Assembly: GCA_963726455.1 (NCBI GenBank)
Contig: CAVSCK010000004.1
Location: 960,001-1,024,000, forward strand
DNA: 64,000 bases
Reading direction: 5' to 3'
Source of the DNA: an uncultured bacterium
Lineage (GTDB): Bacteria > Zixibacteria > MSB-5A5 > CAIYYT01
Made by a program: the position numbers and the translations under genes. This document shows, piece after piece, positions 59,267-64,000 of this stretch. A model generated the notes under the pieces. The model was not told where the DNA came from. It saw only the letters and a program-made list of their open reading frames with translations, and did no database searches. The stretch's first letter is position 1. Each line of letters opens with the position of its first letter.

Positions 59267-60610
59267 CTAGTATGCCATCCAGTTTCTACTTTCTCGTTTT
59301 AGCAAAAAGATGTGTTTCTCCCGGGTAGCCGTCTTGACGAGACTGCCGAGGAAACCGACGAACGTGATTTTCTGAATCAATGGCAGCGCCAGCCAACCGA
59401 CCGCCAGATGCCGGCCCAGACTGATCACTTCGCCGAGCATACGCGGGCGATATGATCTTCCGGCAGCGTGCACGGCGTCGGCATGAATGTTCTCCGCAAC
59501 CAGCCGCCCTTGTTGCAACGCAAACTGGGCGGCGGCGGGAACGGGGTCACCGGTAAAGGGATTGATCGCGAGCGCGCTGTCGCCAATGGCGTAGACGTAA
59601 GGATAGCCGTCGACTCGCAAAAATTGATCGACGATGACGCGACCCTGCGGGCCGGTTTTGATGCCGCTCTTCCCTATCAAGTCGCTGATACGAATTCCGC
59701 CAGTCCAGATCAGGCAACCGACTTTCAAGGTTTCACCAGTTGAGAAGGAAACCGTATCGGCAGAGCAATTGACAATCTTGGTGTCGGTGCGAATCTCCAC
59801 GTGTTTGGCGCCCAGTTTCTCAGCGACCTTCTCCGAGAGTGATTCACTCAGCGTCGGCGCAATGCGGCTACCGGCTTCGACGACGATGATTTCGAATTCA
59901 GTGCGATCGAGATGGCTCTCATGTGAGCAGCGTTCGACAAAGTCTGCCAGTTCACCCGCAAATTCGACCCCGGTCAGACCGCCGCCACCAATCACGAAGC
60001 GCAACAACTCGCGGCGACGTTCGCTATCAGGTTCCAGCGCGGCGCGCGCACACTGCTGTTTGATACTGTTGTAGATAGTCTGGGCGTCGTCAAGAGACTG
60101 AAGCGACAAAGAGTATTGTTCAAGACCTGGTATGTCGTAATAGTGAGTCTTGCTGCCGATGGCAATGACAAGATAATCAAAGGGAATTGTCTCGGCCTTA
60201 AGCTGAACCGATCTGCCGTCAAGATCAATCGCAGTGATGTTGCCCATGTGGAAGACGATGTTCTGTTTGCGAATGATGCGCTCGATGGGAATGGTGACCT
60301 GTGCATGACGGACGGCGGCTTCATGGAGCTGGGTCTTGAGCGTGTGGAACGGATTGCGGTCGATCAGATGAATCTGATAGCCCGGATTCTTGCGAAATAA
60401 CCGAGAGATGCGCAGAACCGCAGTCAATCCGCCATAGCCGGCGCCGAGCACGACGATGTTTCGAACCGAAGTTCGTGAAGGAACGTCGGTTGATGTTATC
60501 CGATGCACGGTCGACTGCAGGTCGAGAAATTCGGGGAGCAGTTCGGAAAAGAGTCGGCGATAGTGTTCGCGGGCGATCGGGTGCTCGTGAGCAGGATATT
60601 CTTTGTTCAT
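59267..60610 (-). CDS. ndh: type II NADH dehydrogenase family FAD oxidoreductase
   Basis: VLGAGYGG, FDYLVIAIGS, GGGLTGVEFAGEL, IWTGG, YAIGD, AQFALQQG. Confidence 0.82.
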   Translation of the reverse strand: MNKEYPAHEHPIAREHYRRLFSELLPEFLDLQSTVHRITSTDVPSRTSVRNIVVLGAGYGGLTAVLRISRLFRKNPGYQIHLIDRNPFHTLKTQLHEAAVRHAQVTIPIERIIRKQNIVFHMGNITAIDLDGRSVQLKAETIPFDYLVIAIGSKTHYYDIPGLEQYSLSLQSLDDAQTIYNSIKQQCARAALEPDSERRRELLRFVIGGGGLTGVEFAGELADFVERCSHESHLDRTEFEIIVVEAGSRIAPTLSESLSEKVAEKLGAKHVEIRTDTKIVNCSADTVSFSTGETLKVGCLIWTGGIRISDLIGKSGIKTGPQGRVIVDQFLRVDGYPYVYAIGDSALAINPFTGDPVPAAAQFALQQGRLVAENIHADAVHAAGRSYRPRMLGEVISLGRHLAVGWLALPLIQKITFVGFLGSLVKTATREKHIFLLKRESRNWMAY

Positions 60611-60952
60611 GAATTCGTCCAGGAAGCGATTGACAACTTGCCGCTGCGAAGAATCCGGTGCGGCGTGTTCGACACGCGAGGTTAGTCTGAACGGCTGAGC
60701 CCGAGCCCTCTGGCGGGCTCAGCCGTGTAGCTTTCTGATCTTTTGAAACGTCGGTGGCAGCGCGTTGCCGCGAATCGGTTTTCGTCGTCAAGCCCATCGA
60801 CGTCGGGCGGTAGTTCGTCATACTACTATACTACGTAATGAGGAAGTGCGGTGTGGAGTTTGAGGTAGTTGTGCAAGCTGTTAGAACCCAATAGCTTCTA
60901 AAATATGCTTGAGAATTTGTGGATTATACTTGAAGCGCCGTAATTGATCGAG

Positions 60953-61765
60953 ATGGCCTTTCTGTGGTTTGCGATTTTGGGATTAGTCGTAGGCGCTTAT
61001 GGGACTCTCATCGGCGTCGGTGGTGGATTCCTGCTGGTGCCGGTGCTGCTGTGGCTTTACCCGTACGAGTCGCCTGACATTATTGCGAGTATCTCCCTGG
61101 CGGTAGTGTTCTTCAATGCGGCTTCGGGATCGTTTGCCTATGCACGAATGGGGCGGGTTGAATTCAAGTCGGGATTCATGTTTGCAGCAGCGGCCTTGCC
61201 GGGGACAGTTTTGGGAGCGCTGTCGACTTCGTATTTGCCGCGCGGAACATTCGACGTCATCATCGGCTCCCTGCTGATTGTGGCATCGGTGTTTCTGCTG
61301 GTGCGGCCGCAAAACGACGAACACAAACAGCCAGCATCCGGCGGCAGGATGAAAGTGGTGCTGACCGATGCTAGCGGCGAAACGCATATCTTCTCTTATC
61401 ATCCCTGGATCGGTATCGGCCTGAGCTTCGCTGTCGGATATCTTTCGAGCATACTGGGTATCGGCGGTGGGATAATTCATGTGCCAGCGCTGGTGCACTT
61501 GCTGAACTTCCCGGTGCACATCGCGACCGCGACCTCGCATTTCATACTGGCGCTGATGGCGTTTAGCGGAAGCATGACGCATCTGCTGGAGGGAACATTG
61601 ACCGAGGGATTTGGGCGGATCATCCCGCTGGCAATCGGAGTAGTCATTGGCGCACAAATCGGGGCACGAATTTCGACGCGGATACATGGAAAGTGGATAA
61701 TACGCGGGTTGGCAGTGGCGTTGTTGTTTGTGGGGTTGAGGACGATGTGGGTGGTGTTCAGGTAG
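60953..61765 (+). CDS. TauE/SafE family sulfite exporter
   Basis: GTLIGVGGGFLLVP, SILGIGGGIIHVP, ATATS; multiple TM segments. Confidence 0.88.
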   Translation: MAFLWFAILGLVVGAYGTLIGVGGGFLLVPVLLWLYPYESPDIIASISLAVVFFNAASGSFAYARMGRVEFKSGFMFAAAALPGTVLGALSTSYLPRGTFDVIIGSLLIVASVFLLVRPQNDEHKQPASGGRMKVVLTDASGETHIFSYHPWIGIGLSFAVGYLSSILGIGGGIIHVPALVHLLNFPVHIATATSHFILALMAFSGSMTHLLEGTLTEGFGRIIPLAIGVVIGAQIGARISTRIHGKWIIRGLAVALLFVGLRTMWVVFR

Positions 61766-61804
61766 GGCAGCGCTTCTCATCCGCAGCTTTCGCGATTCGA
61801 CGAG

Positions 61805-62380
61805 CGCGCTCTCTCACCCCCGGCTTTCGCGATACGACCAGCGCGCTCCCTCACCCCCTGCCCCTCTCCCAAAGGGCGAGGGGAGGAAGTAGGAACCGAA
61901 GCGATTTTGACCCGCGTTTCTCACAAGAAGACAAACAAGGATGTTCATCCCACTGAGGTAGTTGTCGATGGTCGCGGCAGGCGAGGACGACTGCCGCGCA
62001 CGGGGGATTGACGCGCTCCCTCACCCATTAACCGTTCGGTCATTTGTCTGCTCGGTGGTATTCATGAGGATGGCGCGCTCCCTCACCCCTTGCTTTCGCG
62101 AACGACCAGCGCGCTCCCTCACCCCCGGCCCCTCTCCCAAAGGGCGAGGGGAGGAAGTCGGATAAACATTCCTGTTTGTCCCGTTCGGGCGCAAGATTCA
62201 ATTGAGGAGCAATGGACAAACAGGAATGTTCGTCCTACTGAGGTTGTTGTCGACAGTCGCGGCACAAGATGACCGGCGCGCTCCCTCACCCCCGGCCCCT
62301 CTCCCAAAGGGCGAGGGGAGGAAGTTGGGACCCAAGCCATATGATAGTCGCGGCAGGCGAGGACGACTGCCGCGCACGGG
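61805..62380. repeat. REP-like mosaic cluster between convergent genes
   Basis: Repeated GCGCGCTCCCTCACCCC hairpins and CGCGGCAGGCGAGGACGACTGCCGCG. Confidence 0.82.
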
Positions 62381-62454
62381 GCGCGGGTTAAAGATAACAC
62401 GGCGGGCGTGTGCGGCGCCCGCCGGTTAGGGATTCAAACGATGCCTAGGTTAAC

Positions 62455-63111
62455 TCAGAACTGCGGGGCATCACCGTAAAAGAAATTCACTTTGTCAAGC
62501 GCGGCACGTAAGGCCAACTCGTCTTTGAGTTCCGCCTCAGGCGACCTCTTGCTCTTGTGCGGCTTCTCGATATCGGCTGCCTCTGCGGGAGTGCGCAGAG
62601 TGCTTTCGATCTTGGCTACGAAATCGGGCCAGGTGCGATGCACTTTGCTGGAGCCGTCATAAAGGAATTGCACGGTTTTGGCGGCCGATTTGGCAAGTAC
62701 CGACTGATCCATCTGTAAGTAGACAGAACGCGGCAACGGCAACAGAATTGCGACAAACAACACTGCACCGGCGATAATCCAACCACGAACAGCGCCGATC
62801 AACGCGCCGCCGTACTTATCTTTCTGGCCGAGGTTTTGCAGCGACACAAGTTTCTCTGCGATTCGTCCGGCCAATTTAAACAGGCCGTAGACGACACCGA
62901 GCACAATGATGTAGGCGATAATGGCGACCGCCAGCGGTGAGACGTCAATGGCGTTGGATACGCCGACTGCGACGAAATCAAGTTTACCGGTGGTAATCAC
63001 GAGCGCGGCACATAGGCCAAAGAAGGCCGCCAGTTCGCGGAGAAAGCCCTTTTTCGAACCGATTGCCAGGAACGTCACGACAAAAAGAAGCGCTATGGCA
63101 TTAAAGATCAT
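62455..63111 (-). CDS. cvpA: CvpA family membrane protein
   Basis: GSKKGFLRELA, DKYGGALIGAVRG, QSVL; four TM segments. Confidence 0.78.
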   Translation of the reverse strand: MIFNAIALLFVVTFLAIGSKKGFLRELAAFFGLCAALVITTGKLDFVAVGVSNAIDVSPLAVAIIAYIIVLGVVYGLFKLAGRIAEKLVSLQNLGQKDKYGGALIGAVRGWIIAGAVLFVAILLPLPRSVYLQMDQSVLAKSAAKTVQFLYDGSSKVHRTWPDFVAKIESTLRTPAEAADIEKPHKSKRSPEAELKDELALRAALDKVNFFYGDAPQF

Positions 63112-63375
63112 ACAACCCTCCGTGGGACATAAGCCGTTTCCCGCACCGCGGGAGGTTCTGCGCTTTAGTCCTCTCGGCCTGCCGCTCGAGAGAGCTCACT
63201 TTCCTTCTAAGCCGGTCCTGAAGTACGAGACCGGAACTTACCCAATCTTTGCCGCCCACGCGAAAAGCATTCAAAAACAGCGAAGGCCGCATTTTGAGGA
63301 AAAGTAAGAAATGTTTAAAACATAGAGCAAGGGGAATTTGAATTGAGGAATTTGGGATAGTTTGGCGGGGATTTG

Positions 63376-63562
63376 GCGCCGTCAGGAATCCAGAGGTTGC
63401 CCCAAGAGTTCTGTTCGGTCAGTTTTCGGGAGGCGCCGGTTCACAATTTCGCGCTGAGGAATCAATTGTATCAATGGCTTGCGAAAGGACCGCGCGAAAT
63501 CAGGAACCGGCGCAACAGCGTTTATGCTACTTGTGGGACAACCTCTGGATTCCTGACGGCGC
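63376..63562. mobile_element. MITE-like element, 187 bp with perfect 24-bp terminal inverted repeats
   Basis: GCGCCGTCAGGAATCCAGAGGTTG (63376-63399) and CAACCTCTGGATTCCTGACGGCGC (63539-63562); interior homologous to 21191-21346. Confidence 0.6.
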
Positions 63563-64000
63563 GGAGAACTCGGAACGGGGAACGCGGAGCGGAGAGAGCT
63601 AGCGCACTCTTCTGTGCGGCTACTGCGCAGCAGGTAATGAAGCCGAGTATATCTATGTCCATTTTTCGGGCAGCGCTTTAGTTTGGCGAAACTTTGCCGA
63701 TCAAATAGGTAGCACAGAAGTGCGCATAAGCGTAGCGGGGGCTCCAGGAATTGTTGTTTGCGGCACGCGGTGACGGCACGATTACTGTGTCGCGTGGTCG
63801 CGGGAAGCTCGATTTCTTGAACAATCGGGGGCGGAGGTGTCATTTCCGATGTTGCCGAACGAAATCCACACAGATGGGGTTAGAATTGGGGGCGAGTCGC
63901 CTGAGGCGTTCGATTATTCAGGTGCGCTTGAGTTGGTCGAGGGGGACGGCGGCCTGCTGGCAGAGCTGGTGACCTTGTTCAAGGAAGAAAGCTCTGGAAT

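Overview
About 64 kb of a GC-rich bacterial chromosome. The mix of five Cys-rimmed dockerin-tailed proteins, one T9SS/FlgD-type C-terminal domain, two sigma54-driven PEP-CTERM genes and dense REP-like palindromes suggests the FCB group, probably candidate Zixibacteria (inference). Ordinary content: LIV-type ABC operon, AKR, PafA-like phosphatase, DUF3857/transglutaminase pair, Lon, Smr, PgsA-like, MacB/FtsX-type ABC pair, Ndh, TauE, CvpA. The stand-out is a minus-strand phage-head gene cluster (33666-47302): portal, large terminase, prohead protease fused to degenerate ligase and LigD-phosphoesterase-like domains, scaffold-like, cement, major capsid, connector-like, and two signal-peptide proteins. 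No integrase, replication, tape-measure/tail-tube or endolysin gene is recognisable. The cluster is split by a host PEP-CTERM gene and host REPs, yet both halves carry the same 46-bp upstream motif at identical spacing, and a candidate ~100-nt sRNA lies divergent from the portal. This looks like a domesticated, co-regulated GTA-like capsid system. Other points: a LexA-like box over the promoter of a Hel308/Ski2-like helicase operon, a Lon with degenerate AAA+ motifs, REPs translated in frame inside proteins, a MITE-like element, and four single-base frameshifts that may be assembly errors. All family calls come from motif recognition by eye, not database searches.
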